Origin: Candidatus Bathyarchaeota archaeon
GTDB lineage: Archaea; Thermoproteota; Bathyarchaeia; 40CM-2-53-6
Assembly: GCA_005883075.1 (NCBI GenBank)
Contig: VBAX01000051.1
Location: 1 to 58,433 of the forward strand
DNA: 58,433 bases
Direction: 5' to 3'
A program made the position numbers and the translations under genes. This document shows, piece by piece, positions 18,305 to 28,097 of the stretch (position 1 is its first letter; the number at the start of each line of letters is the position of its first letter). Below the pieces are notes generated by a model. That model was not told the origin of the DNA. It ran no database searches and worked only from the letters and a program-made list of their open reading frames with translations.

Positions 18305-18486
18305 GATTTGCTGTCTGCCATTGGATTATGGGCGAGTCTCGTGATTCAGGGCAGGGTCTGGGCTTTGGTCCCGGAGCAAGTTAACGTGTAATCTAGGTCA
18401 GTTCCCGAACGATTCTAGGGCTAGTCTGGACCCCCAGTCCCAGATCGTGGATCAGGGCTGAAAACGGGCGATTTCGCTGGTGCTGG

Positions 18487-18807
18487 CTATTGGACCCTGA
18501 TTTCCACGCCCACGGTCCTCTTGATCAGTTCAGCCAAGAGGTCAACTTGAGACTTGCCGCCGCGCCTCGTTGGAATCGACACGACTAGTGGGAGTTCGAT
18601 CTCCTTCTTTCCTTGTCCAACCTTATCCTTGATCCAGTCGAAGACAGTGTCGGTAACAATGACGAGAGAGACAGTCTGTTTATTCTTGATATCTTCAAAG
18701 GTCTTGACAGCCTCGTCCTCGGACTTCACGACCCAGCTGTTCTTGACCCCTCCGATCTTGAAGTAGATCGCTGTCTCCTTATCTGCCATGACGCCGATCT
18801 TCCCCAC
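18487..18807 (-). CDS. atpF: A/V-type ATP synthase subunit F-like protein
   Basis: KIGVMADKETAIYFKIGGV...LVIVTD...PLVVSIP...IKRTVGVEI. Confidence 0.85.
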   Translation of the reverse strand: MGKIGVMADKETAIYFKIGGVKNSWVVKSEDEAVKTFEDIKNKQTVSLVIVTDTVFDWIKDKVGQGKKEIELPLVVSIPTRRGGKSQVDLLAELIKRTVGVEIRVQ

Positions 18808-18825
18808 CGTTTGCTTACCTACTTC

Positions 18826-19512
18826 CTACTTGAATATCCAGCCTGTTTCGCGTGACCAGAACAAGAGATCAAGATCCGCTAATGGTATTGCTATTTCCCG
18901 GGAAAAACGACGGAGCTTCTCCTCGATCTCCAGATAGCGCTTCTTCGTGATCGAAACCGGCACCTCAGTGATGACATCCAGCCTCTTGAGGTTTCGCAGA
19001 ATGTGCCTGTCTAGGATGGCGAATTCCTCCCCGAGCCCGACGTTTCGGAGAAAATGGCTGGCCTCCTTGTAGCCAAGGCCCTTCACGTTCTCTACCATCC
19101 ATTCCCTCAGCTCGAAGAGGTTTACGTAGCTGGAGAGGTGGGATTTGAGGAAGAGCTTGCCATCCTTACTGAAAGTTGCTCTTGCCTCAACGATATATTT
19201 CGCCTTACTGTCGCCAAAACGAACATCGTTTAGCTGCGGTTGAATCTCTGTAGCTCCTCCTTTCAAGAGGAGACTGCGTTCTCTGAGCCGGGACACTGCT
19301 GCCCAGCAGGTTTTCGCAGACGACTGCGGTGTCAATAGGCAGAAGCAGAGTTCAGCAAAAACGTCGTCATCATTGCGATCGAGAATCTCTCTGAATTCTC
19401 GCAGACGCTGATGAATAGCATCGCGCCTCTCACCGTAAAGTGCCTGTAGCTCCTCAATCGCTTTTTTCTGCCCCAACGGTGAGAGTTCAGTGCTAGAATT
19501 GCTTGAGAACAT
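18826..19512 (-). CDS. ogg: 8-oxoguanine DNA glycosylase/AP lyase
   Basis: ELCFCLLTPQS, HhH VKGLGYKEASHFLRNVG, AILDRHILR, LDLLFW. Confidence 0.93.
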   Translation of the reverse strand: MFSSNSSTELSPLGQKKAIEELQALYGERRDAIHQRLREFREILDRNDDDVFAELCFCLLTPQSSAKTCWAAVSRLRERSLLLKGGATEIQPQLNDVRFGDSKAKYIVEARATFSKDGKLFLKSHLSSYVNLFELREWMVENVKGLGYKEASHFLRNVGLGEEFAILDRHILRNLKRLDVITEVPVSITKKRYLEIEEKLRRFSREIAIPLADLDLLFWSRETGWIFK

Positions 19513-19966
19513 CGCTCTTCTCCATTATTCGGACACAGTAGTAGCACCGGAGCCGGAGGGGGTCCTGTGTTTCCACACTGAACCTTGGCTCAACAGGCTC
19601 AGCGTTAGATACGCACGCAGGATTTGAACAGCGAACAATTCCTCTAATCGAATCCGGCAGCTTGACCCTAGTCTTCTCAGCGACCTCATAGTCTCGAATG
19701 ATACTGATCGTCGCGCTCGGCGCTATCAACGCGATCTTATCCACCTCACCGGGCTTGAGCTCTCGATTCTCAACCTTGACGATATCCTTCTTGTTCTGCT
19801 TCTTCGAGATCACGTTCATGGCCGCGCTCACTATGTGTCCTTCGCGACCATCTATTCCGAGAATCTTGAGCACGTCCAAGGCATGGCCGGCGAAGATGTG
19901 GTCGATTACGGTTCCGTTACGGATTTTCTTAACGTAGAGCTCTTTCGGGCCGGTTCCTTTGGACAA
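19493..19966 (-). CDS. pyrI: Aspartate carbamoyltransferase regulatory subunit
   Basis: GTVIDHI, KKDIVKVE, CSNPACVS, RCYYC. Confidence 0.96.
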   Translation of the reverse strand: MSKGTGPKELYVKKIRNGTVIDHIFAGHALDVLKILGIDGREGHIVSAAMNVISKKQNKKDIVKVENRELKPGEVDKIALIAPSATISIIRDYEVAEKTRVKLPDSIRGIVRCSNPACVSNAEPVEPRFSVETQDPLRLRCYYCVRIMEKSDVLKQF

Positions 19967-20034
19967 GACCTCGAACCTCTCGGGCAGGAGCTAGGTTTCA
20001 TTCTTAATTCCTTGCCTGGAATAGGACTGGGATC

Positions 20035-20454
20035 ATGACTGTCGAGTCTCAAGAGTTGAGGTTTCGGACACACCGCGAAGGAGAAATTCTCGATATTACA
20101 GACAAGACTCAAACAGTAATCGAATCCTCAAGGATGAGGAACGGAGTTGCCGTTCTGTTCGTGCCTGGATCAACCGGAGCCATAACAACAATTGAGTACG
20201 AACCCGGACTTCTAGCAGATTTGACCGTAGCGCTGGAGAGACTTGCGCCCAAAGACGCGTCATACGAACACGAGAAGAGGTGGCATGATGGCAATGGACA
20301 CTCACATATTCGAGCCTCCATAATAGGGCCCGACTTGTCGGTGCCATTTCGAGACAAGAAGCTAACTCTTGGAACCTGGCAACAAATCGTCTTTCTTGAG
20401 TTAGACGTTAGACCGAGAGACCGAACTGTCATCGTTCAACTAGTTGGCGAATAG
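20035..20454 (+). CDS. yjbQ: YjbQ/UPF0047 family protein
   Basis: GSTGAITTIEYE, DGNGHSHIRAS, LGTWQQI. Confidence 0.93.
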   Translation: MTVESQELRFRTHREGEILDITDKTQTVIESSRMRNGVAVLFVPGSTGAITTIEYEPGLLADLTVALERLAPKDASYEHEKRWHDGNGHSHIRASIIGPDLSVPFRDKKLTLGTWQQIVFLELDVRPRDRTVIVQLVGE

Positions 20455-20464
20455 CCGGGTTTAG

Positions 20465-20695
20465 TACCTCTACCCGTACCCCTCTCCTTCCTCTGGAGAC
20501 TTGTTAAGAGATTACTCAGAAAACTCCCTGTCCTCTGCCTGGTACAGAATTTGAGACGAATTGGTTATGGAAAATATACAGGTCTGCATAAATTATCATA
20601 ATGCTAGTTAACCTTACCAGTAAGTTTTCTTAGAGTAAATTTAACACCCAAGGTAAGTTGAGGATTTGCACTGGAAACCCTGGGGTGGGGGTAGG
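20465..20695. other. Probable replication origin (inverted ORB-like sites flanking an AT-rich DUE)
   Basis: Minus-strand CTCCAGAGGAAGGAGAGGGGT (20478-20498), AT-rich ~20562-20645, plus-strand TTGCACTGGAAACCCTGGGGTGGGGGT (20666-20692); lies between cdc6 and DP1. Confidence 0.72.
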
Positions 20696-20759
20696 TCTCA
20701 TGGTCAGTTATTCAATTCACAAGTTTGTTTTTAGAATGTCGAGGGGATTGGTAGGGATA

Positions 20760-22268
20760 TTACTGGAAGTTGATCATCTTGACATCAAGGGTTTTCAGGT
20801 TAACAACAGGAAGGATTCCTGGCTTGGGGACTAGTCCCATCCGTTTCTGATAGTCCGTCTGTCCTTGCCATGCGCCACTATTCACTATCGTTGTTCCTCT
20901 GTAGAGGCCTGCACCTGAAACGTGGATGTGTCCCGAGGTAAAAACGTCCGGGACCCGATCTATCACTAGGAAGTCCTCTTGCTCGGGCCCAATGGGTGTC
21001 ATCTTCCCGTACTCGGGAGATAGATGACGGGCTCGCAGCTGGTACTCCATTGCCTCTACTGGACGTTGATAATCGAGCCCGGGGACTCCGCTCAGGATAT
21101 CCATCAGGCTAGTTCCATGGTAGAGTAGAAACTGGACCCCATGCAAGCGAACCTCCGCTGGATCTCCCAGCGAAACAATCTTCCGCGAGTCGTAAACAGG
21201 TCCGGCGAAATCTTTCGGGATGGCGGGTTGTGGCAGGGCCTGGCGTACTGCGTCATGATTCCCCGGTATCAATACCACGTCCATGTACTCTGGGATCTCG
21301 CTCACGAATTTCGCTGCGATTCGGTACTGTTCATAGATGTCGGGAACCGCAAGGTCCACCTCTTGGCGAGGATAAATCCCGATCCCGTCGACAAGGTCGC
21401 CCCCGATCAGAACATACTTTACTCGCTCGGCGACTTCGCGCTGGTTCGGTGTTCCAATCTCTCCTTTCAACCAGCTTAGGACCCGGCGGAACTCATTCTC
21501 GAGAAACACTTTGCTCCCGACATGAACATCGGATATTAGCGCGGCGTAGATCTCTTCGTTTGCATGATTGGGCTTTCTATCCGGTATCTCGGGGAGGACA
21601 ATGCTTTCCGCGACCAGAAGGGGGCCTGCGCTCTTCCGAGCCTGGATGTAGATGACTTGGTCCCTGACTATCTTTCTCGCCATCTCATACACTGTAGAGT
21701 TCTGTCGTCCAACTAGGACGGTAGCTTCATCCTCGTAGTCGTCAACCGTCAGAAAGATCCTGTCGCCTTTCTCTCTCTTTTCGAGGACCATGCAGATGAA
21801 GCGGCCCCGTCCATTTGATCCACCTTGAAGCGCGTCGGAAATGGTCCCGGCGTTTCGGGTGTCCATTCTCTGCCTGAAGAGCAGGCTCATCTTGTCGAAA
21901 CGGTTTCTGAAATAATGGAGAAAATCATCAAAAGCGCCCGTCGTTCCGAGCTTACCTGTAGGGTCCGAGACAACTTCTAGCCGAGACTCAAGCTCCTCAG
22001 CAAACCGTCGTGCATGCCGCAAACCAGCATGCTCTGCCTCCGTAACTTTGCTGGAGAGGTCTAGCTGTTCAGCTGCCTTGAGAACGAGGTCTCTGCTTAT
22101 CGATGAGGGTCGTGGTTCCACGGTTCCAGCGACTCGAAGGACTTCTCTGACAAGAGGGTCGAGCTGGCCTGCGCTGCTGATCTCCATGAGGGTTTTGAAG
22201 GCGTCGCTTTCCATCTGGAAACCTGCTTCCAGTATGGTGCCGATTGCCCTCTTCATCTCTTCAGACAT
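20760..22268 (-). CDS. polB: DNA polymerase D small subunit DP1
   Basis: ISDVHVGS, GDLVDGIGIYP, PGNHDA, YHG, RARHLSP, SGHIH, NSGAWQGQT. Confidence 0.96.
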   Translation of the reverse strand: MSEEMKRAIGTILEAGFQMESDAFKTLMEISSAGQLDPLVREVLRVAGTVEPRPSSISRDLVLKAAEQLDLSSKVTEAEHAGLRHARRFAEELESRLEVVSDPTGKLGTTGAFDDFLHYFRNRFDKMSLLFRQRMDTRNAGTISDALQGGSNGRGRFICMVLEKREKGDRIFLTVDDYEDEATVLVGRQNSTVYEMARKIVRDQVIYIQARKSAGPLLVAESIVLPEIPDRKPNHANEEIYAALISDVHVGSKVFLENEFRRVLSWLKGEIGTPNQREVAERVKYVLIGGDLVDGIGIYPRQEVDLAVPDIYEQYRIAAKFVSEIPEYMDVVLIPGNHDAVRQALPQPAIPKDFAGPVYDSRKIVSLGDPAEVRLHGVQFLLYHGTSLMDILSGVPGLDYQRPVEAMEYQLRARHLSPEYGKMTPIGPEQEDFLVIDRVPDVFTSGHIHVSGAGLYRGTTIVNSGAWQGQTDYQKRMGLVPKPGILPVVNLKTLDVKMINFQ

Positions 22269-22340
22269 CGAGCAGCTTCTCCTTGGAACTCTATCTGATA
22301 CGTAACCGCGGCTTATCCGGTTATCGCGAGACCGGGTCCC

Positions 22341-23309
22341 TTATCTTGTAATTGTAAGGTCGGATATGTCAACGGAGACCTCGCACATTCTATTCAGGGC
22401 TATGAGTGCGGCGACGAGGTGGTTGACCATTGGACGTGGGGCTTTCGCTATGCTTGTCTCAGCTTCCGCAAGGGTCTTCTTGGTCTCTTTGAACCTCGGA
22501 CTCACAGATGAGGCGAGTTTGAGATCTCGTGAGAGGACAGACCCGACGGCATCCTTGTACATCATATTTACTGAGGCTCCAATCTTCTGGAACAGGATCT
22601 GCTGTTCTTTTGGAACTGGGATCTTGTCTTGGGTGTTCTCGGCGACGGTTACGGAGTAGTCGGCGAAGGTTTCGATGTAGCTTGCTAGAAGGCGGAAGTC
22701 CAGACAGTCTACCGAAGAGACCTTGATCTTCTCCAGCAAGTACGTGTCGGCGATAGCCGCTCTGACCAGTCGGACGAGGAGGAAGTACCATCTATCCACT
22801 TCCTCATCTCGCTCAACGACTCCGTTGGCAAGTTCGGTGTTGGATTCTACGAATGCCTGGACGGCGTCTATCTGCATGGGCATGGACAGCATTTCTAGCC
22901 GTCGCAGGATGCGTTCAGGGTTGAGTAGTGAAGGTTCCATGAGGCATTGTAGTACGATCTTCTTCGCGTCCTCTTCTAACACCTCCAGCCCTACAAGCCG
23001 TTTGGTGGTTTTGCGGACCTCGTCCCTGGTCTCGGGGGACAAACTATCTTTTGATTGAATGCGGATTATGTCGTATCCGAGGAGATATCGCTCGATGATC
23101 TCCCGTCTCACAAAGGGAGATGCTTCCAGTACGACTTCGAGGGGCTGCCTCTCCTCGTCAATTCTTGGGGACAGCAGGAGTCTCCCGTCTTGGCGTTCTT
23201 CGTAGGATACGACGGACCCTTGGTCGAGTCCGACGCGTTTAGCCCACGCCTTTGGTATAGTGACTAGGAAAGTTCCATCTGGCGTTCGCTGAAGTTTCCT
23301 TAATTCCAC
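22341..23309 (-). CDS. phoU: Archaeal phosphate uptake regulator (AbrB-like + PhoU domains)
   Basis: RKLQRT...FLVTIPKAW N-terminus; ERDEEVDRWYFLLVR. Confidence 0.88.
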   Translation of the reverse strand: MELRKLQRTPDGTFLVTIPKAWAKRVGLDQGSVVSYEERQDGRLLLSPRIDEERQPLEVVLEASPFVRREIIERYLLGYDIIRIQSKDSLSPETRDEVRKTTKRLVGLEVLEEDAKKIVLQCLMEPSLLNPERILRRLEMLSMPMQIDAVQAFVESNTELANGVVERDEEVDRWYFLLVRLVRAAIADTYLLEKIKVSSVDCLDFRLLASYIETFADYSVTVAENTQDKIPVPKEQQILFQKIGASVNMMYKDAVGSVLSRDLKLASSVSPRFKETKKTLAEAETSIAKAPRPMVNHLVAALIALNRMCEVSVDISDLTITR

Positions 23310-23368
23310 TTAGAACAACCTATCTCCAACTGATAGCATTGAAGAATTTTAGGATTTCCCAGCATCTA

Positions 23369-24514
23369 CTATGGAGAGGAGTTCAGCTCTAGAGAACCAC
23401 TAGGCGCAATGGAGGTGCTGGCGCCGTTGAGGTGATGGTAGGCCTGTTTCACAACCTCATCGGTATTATTCCCCTTCAAAGCGCTCAGCTCTACGAGTGG
23501 GATGCCTTCGAATGTTCGCGAAATTAGTTTCTTTCCCTCCTGAAGCTGGTCGTCGTTGCAGAGGTCTGTTTTGTTTGCGCAGATGACCAGGGGAACTTTA
23601 GTCGCTATCTTCCTGAGAATCTCCTTGGAGGCGGATACCTTTCTGAACACTGATTCTAGATCCTCGCTGACATCGACGAACAGAAGGATGAGATCCGCAT
23701 TCGTTATCTCGCCTAGCGTTGTGTTGAATGCCTTGAGGATTGTCGGGTGCATGTCTTCGATGAAGCCGATCGAGTCTATGAGTATGAAACTGAAATTGTC
23801 GCCCCCGTTGTTCTGGTCGATTCTTCTCGCGAACGTGGACAGGGTCGTAAAGGGTCCTAGACCAGTGTCTTTGTGTTCTGCTGACATGCGGTTGAAGAAT
23901 GTGGTTTTTCCGCTCTGGGTGTAGCCGGCCAGCGCGACGATTGGGAAGCCTCGTTCCCGCCTGTGATCTCTGAGAAGGTCCTTCTTCGAATAGAGGTCTC
24001 TCAGTTCCTTCTCCATGTTCGCGATCCGTTTCTTAGCCGTCCTCTCATAATCATGGTAAGGATAGTCTCCAGGCCCGCTCCAACCGACCTGTCCCCCTAG
24101 AATGCCTTCAAGCCGGAGGAATTCTCTGCCCCAGGAGAAGGTATAGCGAAGTTTGGCGAGGGCGATCTGGAGTTTTGCTTCTTTTGTCATGGCGCGCTTG
24201 TCGAAGACTTCGAGGATCAGGAGGTTGCGGTCGATTACTTTGATGTCTGTCCCGCCGAGGACCCGTTGTATCTTGAAGACTTGGGCGCTGGGGAGAGTGT
24301 TGGCGAATACGACTGCTTCGATATCGTTTTCGGCGACGAGCATTTTGATCTCTTCCAGTTTTCCGGGTCCGACGCAGTAGGTGTGGTGGAGGTTTTTCCG
24401 GTGCTGGACGATGGTGTCGATTATCTCGTAGCCTATGCTCTCGGCCATGGTCTCGACCTCCTCGTACCGGGAGGGAGCCGTGGGAATCTTGCATTCTGCT
24501 ACGAGGGTCCGCAT
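23369..24514 (-). CDS. hflX: GTPase HflX
   Basis: VIDRNLLILEVF, EAKLQIALAKLRY, GYTQSGKTT, FTTLS, DSIGF, NKTD. Confidence 0.93.
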   Translation of the reverse strand: MRTLVAECKIPTAPSRYEEVETMAESIGYEIIDTIVQHRKNLHHTYCVGPGKLEEIKMLVAENDIEAVVFANTLPSAQVFKIQRVLGGTDIKVIDRNLLILEVFDKRAMTKEAKLQIALAKLRYTFSWGREFLRLEGILGGQVGWSGPGDYPYHDYERTAKKRIANMEKELRDLYSKKDLLRDHRRERGFPIVALAGYTQSGKTTFFNRMSAEHKDTGLGPFTTLSTFARRIDQNNGGDNFSFILIDSIGFIEDMHPTILKAFNTTLGEITNADLILLFVDVSEDLESVFRKVSASKEILRKIATKVPLVICANKTDLCNDDQLQEGKKLISRTFEGIPLVELSALKGNNTDEVVKQAYHHLNGASTSIAPSGSLELNSSP

Positions 24515-24631
24515 CCGAGAAGACTTACCCTAGAATGATGGCTGGGCGCTTATTTGAAGGCCCCGTGCCTTGGGTGCGCGTCTACCGGCATTGTGGCTGC
24601 AGGCGGCCCATCCGCGGATTTGTACGCGTTT

Positions 24632-24694
24632 TCACGAAGGGCGGGGCACAGGAAATTCGACCACCCTCGGGGGTCGAGAAAAGCATGCTTATTT
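24632..24694 (-). repeat. 63-bp dispersed hairpin repeat, copy B
   Basis: Reverse complement matches 3502-3564 with 5 mismatches. Confidence 0.85.
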
Positions 24695-24714
24695 TGGGGC
24701 GTCGGAAGCCCGGT

Positions 24715-25578
24715 TTACTCGATTCTGGTCGGGACTGTTTTCTTACCTATTTTCGGATAATGTAGGTTCATTTTTTCCATCGCTTTGACGATTACGCGGG
24801 AGACCACAAGGTCCCTGTACCATTTGTGATTCGCGGGTATCAGATACCAGGGAGCCCATTTCGTGCTGGTCTTGTTCATAGCATCCTCGTATGCCTTCAT
24901 GTATTCCTTCCAGAGTTTTCGTTCAGGAAGATCGTCACCACTGAACTTCCACCGCTTGGAAGGATCATCCAAGCGCTGTTGCAGCCTTCTCTTCTGCTCC
25001 TCCTTGTCGATATGGAGATAGAACTTGAGAACGGTCGTGTCTTCTTCAGAGAGTAACCGCTCGAAATCGTTGATCTGCCTGTACCGATGACTCCAGACTT
25101 CCTCAGGAACGATCTTGTGAACTCTCTCGATGAGAACGCCCTCGTAATGGCTCCGGTTGAAAATCGTGAGCTCTCCATTTCCAGGCACTTGTTTGTGTTC
25201 TCGCCACAAGAAACCATGATCGATCTCTTCAGGTGTAGGTTCTTTGAAGTGGGCGACGCGGACCCCTTGAGGGTTGACTCCCTGAAAAACCCGGTTTATG
25301 ACTCCGTCTTTGCCGCCAGTATCCATGGCCTGCAGAACAACTAGGACTTTCTGCTCGTGCTCTGCGTAGAGCATTTCCTGAAACTGTCGAAGTTTCTCGT
25401 TGAGCTTCTTAGACTCTATCTGTTCATCCTCATCCTTTCCCTCGAAACCTGAAGTGTCGCTTGGGTCGAAGTCGCTCAAGCGAACCTCGTATCCCGGCTC
25501 AATTCTGTAGCGGCCCGTATGAAGATCCTTTGGCAAGCTGAAACGTTTCCTCTCCGGACGAGTTCTTAGCTGTTTCAC
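24715..25578 (-). CDS. ppk2: Polyphosphate kinase 2 family protein
   Basis: QAMDTGGKDG, FNRSHYE, KFYLHI, APWYLIPANHKWYR. Confidence 0.95.
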   Translation of the reverse strand: MKQLRTRPERKRFSLPKDLHTGRYRIEPGYEVRLSDFDPSDTSGFEGKDEDEQIESKKLNEKLRQFQEMLYAEHEQKVLVVLQAMDTGGKDGVINRVFQGVNPQGVRVAHFKEPTPEEIDHGFLWREHKQVPGNGELTIFNRSHYEGVLIERVHKIVPEEVWSHRYRQINDFERLLSEEDTTVLKFYLHIDKEEQKRRLQQRLDDPSKRWKFSGDDLPERKLWKEYMKAYEDAMNKTSTKWAPWYLIPANHKWYRDLVVSRVIVKAMEKMNLHYPKIGKKTVPTRIE

Positions 25579-25649
25579 AGCTCAAAGGTTTAGCAACAGA
25601 TAGTTTACGGGAATGTTTGAGTACCCCCAACAGGTGAGGGGCCGTTTCA

Positions 25650-27620
25650 ATGTCAGGAGAAAGCCAGAGCAAACCATCTGGTCCGGCATCGGGAGGCGCA
25701 GGTCCAGCATCGGCCACGGGCTCAACCAAGATCGAGCGAAAACAGCTTCTCATCCTGCTCGTCCTGAGCCTCTCCCTTGCAATCATCGTAATTGACGCAA
25801 CGATCGTGATCGTCGCTCAGTATCAAATCCAGAAAGACTTCGGAATCTCCCTGAAGGATCTAGAATGGATCACCTCACTCTACGCTCTGATCTTCGGATC
25901 GTTCCTTCTCACTTGGGGAAAACTAAGCGATGAGTTTGGCAGAAAACGAATCTTCGTAGCTGGAATCTCTCTATTTATTATCGGATCCATCGTCGATGGA
26001 TTCTCACAAGGTCTGAGCCAGATCCTTGTAGGTCGTATAATGCAAGGATTCGGGGCGGCGATGGCTTCTCCCTCCACCCTTTCTATCCTAACAACCACTT
26101 TTACCGGCAAAGCGCGGAACGTCGCTTTCGGAATATGGGGCGCAACAGCAGGCGCGGCCGCAGTTCTGGGACCAGTCTTAGGTGGGTACTTTACAAGCGA
26201 TCCGACTCTCACCTGGCGTTGGGCGTTCTTCATCAACATCCCGATAGGGATCACAGCCCTTGTCGGGGCGGCGTTTGCGATCAAGGAAACCCGATTCAAG
26301 GATCCAAAATACACTACAGACTACCTTGGACTGGTCTTCATCACTATAGGTCTAGCCAGTCTTTTGTTCGGCTTCATCGAAGCCCAAACCTACGGGTGGA
26401 TCGTACCCAACAATGACTTTGCTGTGGGAGGGTTCTCGTGGTCGGCCTCAAACCCTGTATCACTTCCCCTCGTTTCAATCATAACAGGGCTGACTCTACT
26501 CACCCTGTTTACTCTCTACGAGGTCCGCCGTCTTAGGAGTGGGAGGGTTCCTCTCTTTGATTTCGGTCTCCTCAAATTCAAGGGTTTCAGGTACGGCCTA
26601 TTCACGGTCACGATCGTTGCTATGGGTGAGTTCGGAGCAGTATTCATCATCTCAATATTCCTTCAAACGGTCAAGGGACTCACGGCATTCAATGCCGGTC
26701 TCACATTCCTACCCATGGCGATCTCAGTATTCATCTTTGCACCTGTAGCCGGCATTCTAGCTACCCGGTTTGGACCCAAATGGGTTGTCACCACCGGCAT
26801 GGCTCTCGAAGCCATTGCGCTCTTCAGCCTATCACAAATCATCAGCGTCGAGAATCCTGTCTACTACATGTATCCTATCCTCGTCATCTATGGCGCAGGG
26901 GTTGGTCTGGCGATTAGCCAGCTTACGAGTACAGTTTTGCAGAGTATTCCTTGGCAGAAGGCCGGAGTAGGATCCGGAGCAAACAACACTGTCAGACAGA
27001 TCGGTTCAGCCTTCGGAATCGCCGTAATCGGCGCCGTTCTGGTAGCCCAGATTTCCACGGTTGGAGTGGCCGACCTCGCGACCAGTACAGCTAGTTTCAG
27101 CGTGCAACAAAGGGTCGCTTTGACAGCTGCCCTCAACTCAGGACTCTCTGGGGGGATCGACCCTTCCTTTCTCGCCCTCTTCGGTGGGAACGTATCCGCC
27201 GTCCTATCAATACTGTACGATGCAATTACGCAGGGAGCACGCTGGGCAGCGTTCACAGCGGGTATCTTTGTCTCGCTCGGAGCTATCAGCTCACTCCTAA
27301 TCCCGAATCCAAAGTCAGCCCAGACCGCGAAAACTACCATTGTCGCGAAAGCTAGTCGCCGAGGAGCATCGCGAGCCGTGACCGCTATCGTCATCGCTCA
27401 GTTCGTGATCACAATAGTCCTCCTTGTTGCTATCTCTAACGAGTACAAGTCGAATTATTTCATGCGACAATGGGTAAGCCAGAACGCGTCGCCGCTAGGT
27501 TACTTCCTCGCAGACTACGTTGGACCGGCCTTGGCAGCGATCGTTGGAGGGGTCCTTGTTGCATGGAAACTTTTCCTCGCTCGAAGGCGATCCGAGGCAA
27601 AGTCAGAGCCGAACAACTGA
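25650..27620 (+). CDS. MFS DHA2 transporter with extra C-terminal TM hairpin
   Basis: GKLSDEFGRKR, WRWAFFINIPIG; 656 aa. Confidence 0.9.
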   Translation: MSGESQSKPSGPASGGAGPASATGSTKIERKQLLILLVLSLSLAIIVIDATIVIVAQYQIQKDFGISLKDLEWITSLYALIFGSFLLTWGKLSDEFGRKRIFVAGISLFIIGSIVDGFSQGLSQILVGRIMQGFGAAMASPSTLSILTTTFTGKARNVAFGIWGATAGAAAVLGPVLGGYFTSDPTLTWRWAFFINIPIGITALVGAAFAIKETRFKDPKYTTDYLGLVFITIGLASLLFGFIEAQTYGWIVPNNDFAVGGFSWSASNPVSLPLVSIITGLTLLTLFTLYEVRRLRSGRVPLFDFGLLKFKGFRYGLFTVTIVAMGEFGAVFIISIFLQTVKGLTAFNAGLTFLPMAISVFIFAPVAGILATRFGPKWVVTTGMALEAIALFSLSQIISVENPVYYMYPILVIYGAGVGLAISQLTSTVLQSIPWQKAGVGSGANNTVRQIGSAFGIAVIGAVLVAQISTVGVADLATSTASFSVQQRVALTAALNSGLSGGIDPSFLALFGGNVSAVLSILYDAITQGARWAAFTAGIFVSLGAISSLLIPNPKSAQTAKTTIVAKASRRGASRAVTAIVIAQFVITIVLLVAISNEYKSNYFMRQWVSQNASPLGYFLADYVGPALAAIVGGVLVAWKLFLARRRSEAKSEPNN

Positions 27621-27758
27621 TCGCGATGCGGGGCCCTTGGCCCTTCGCCCCATCGTGGAGAGTGCTCTTTGTTTCGGGGGAGAGGGCGTCTGGGTTAGGG
27701 AACGCTTATGCCCGCCCTGAGCCTCGTTTCTCGCGAACAGGGTCCTAGGAGATATTCT

Positions 27759-28097
27759 ATGGCAGATGGCGATAGGGGAGAGATGTTTGCGGAACTGGAG
27801 AGGGCTTGTGACGAGCTCGACCGGGCGCTCGAACAGCTCAAGAAGGCAGGATATACTCTGCGAGAGTTTTCCAAGGGCCTTGAGACGGACCCGACCGGGA
27901 TACTGCTGACGCACTATCCTAACGGCTACATGATCTATCCTGACGAGATCAACAAGACTCCCTGGGAGTATCCCGCTCTGCGTCCTATAGTCGACTTGGA
28001 TTATCTGATCGAGCTGCTCAAGCGCGCTAGGCAACTGAAGCGGGCAAAGATGGACATCGAGCGAAGACTGGGCAAGAAGCTCATGCCCGTCTCCTAA
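27759..28097 (+). CDS. Hypothetical helical protein
   Basis: ATG 27759 after AGGAG; coiled-coil-like composition. Confidence 0.6.
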   Translation: MADGDRGEMFAELERACDELDRALEQLKKAGYTLREFSKGLETDPTGILLTHYPNGYMIYPDEINKTPWEYPALRPIVDLDYLIELLKRARQLKRAKMDIERRLGKKLMPVS

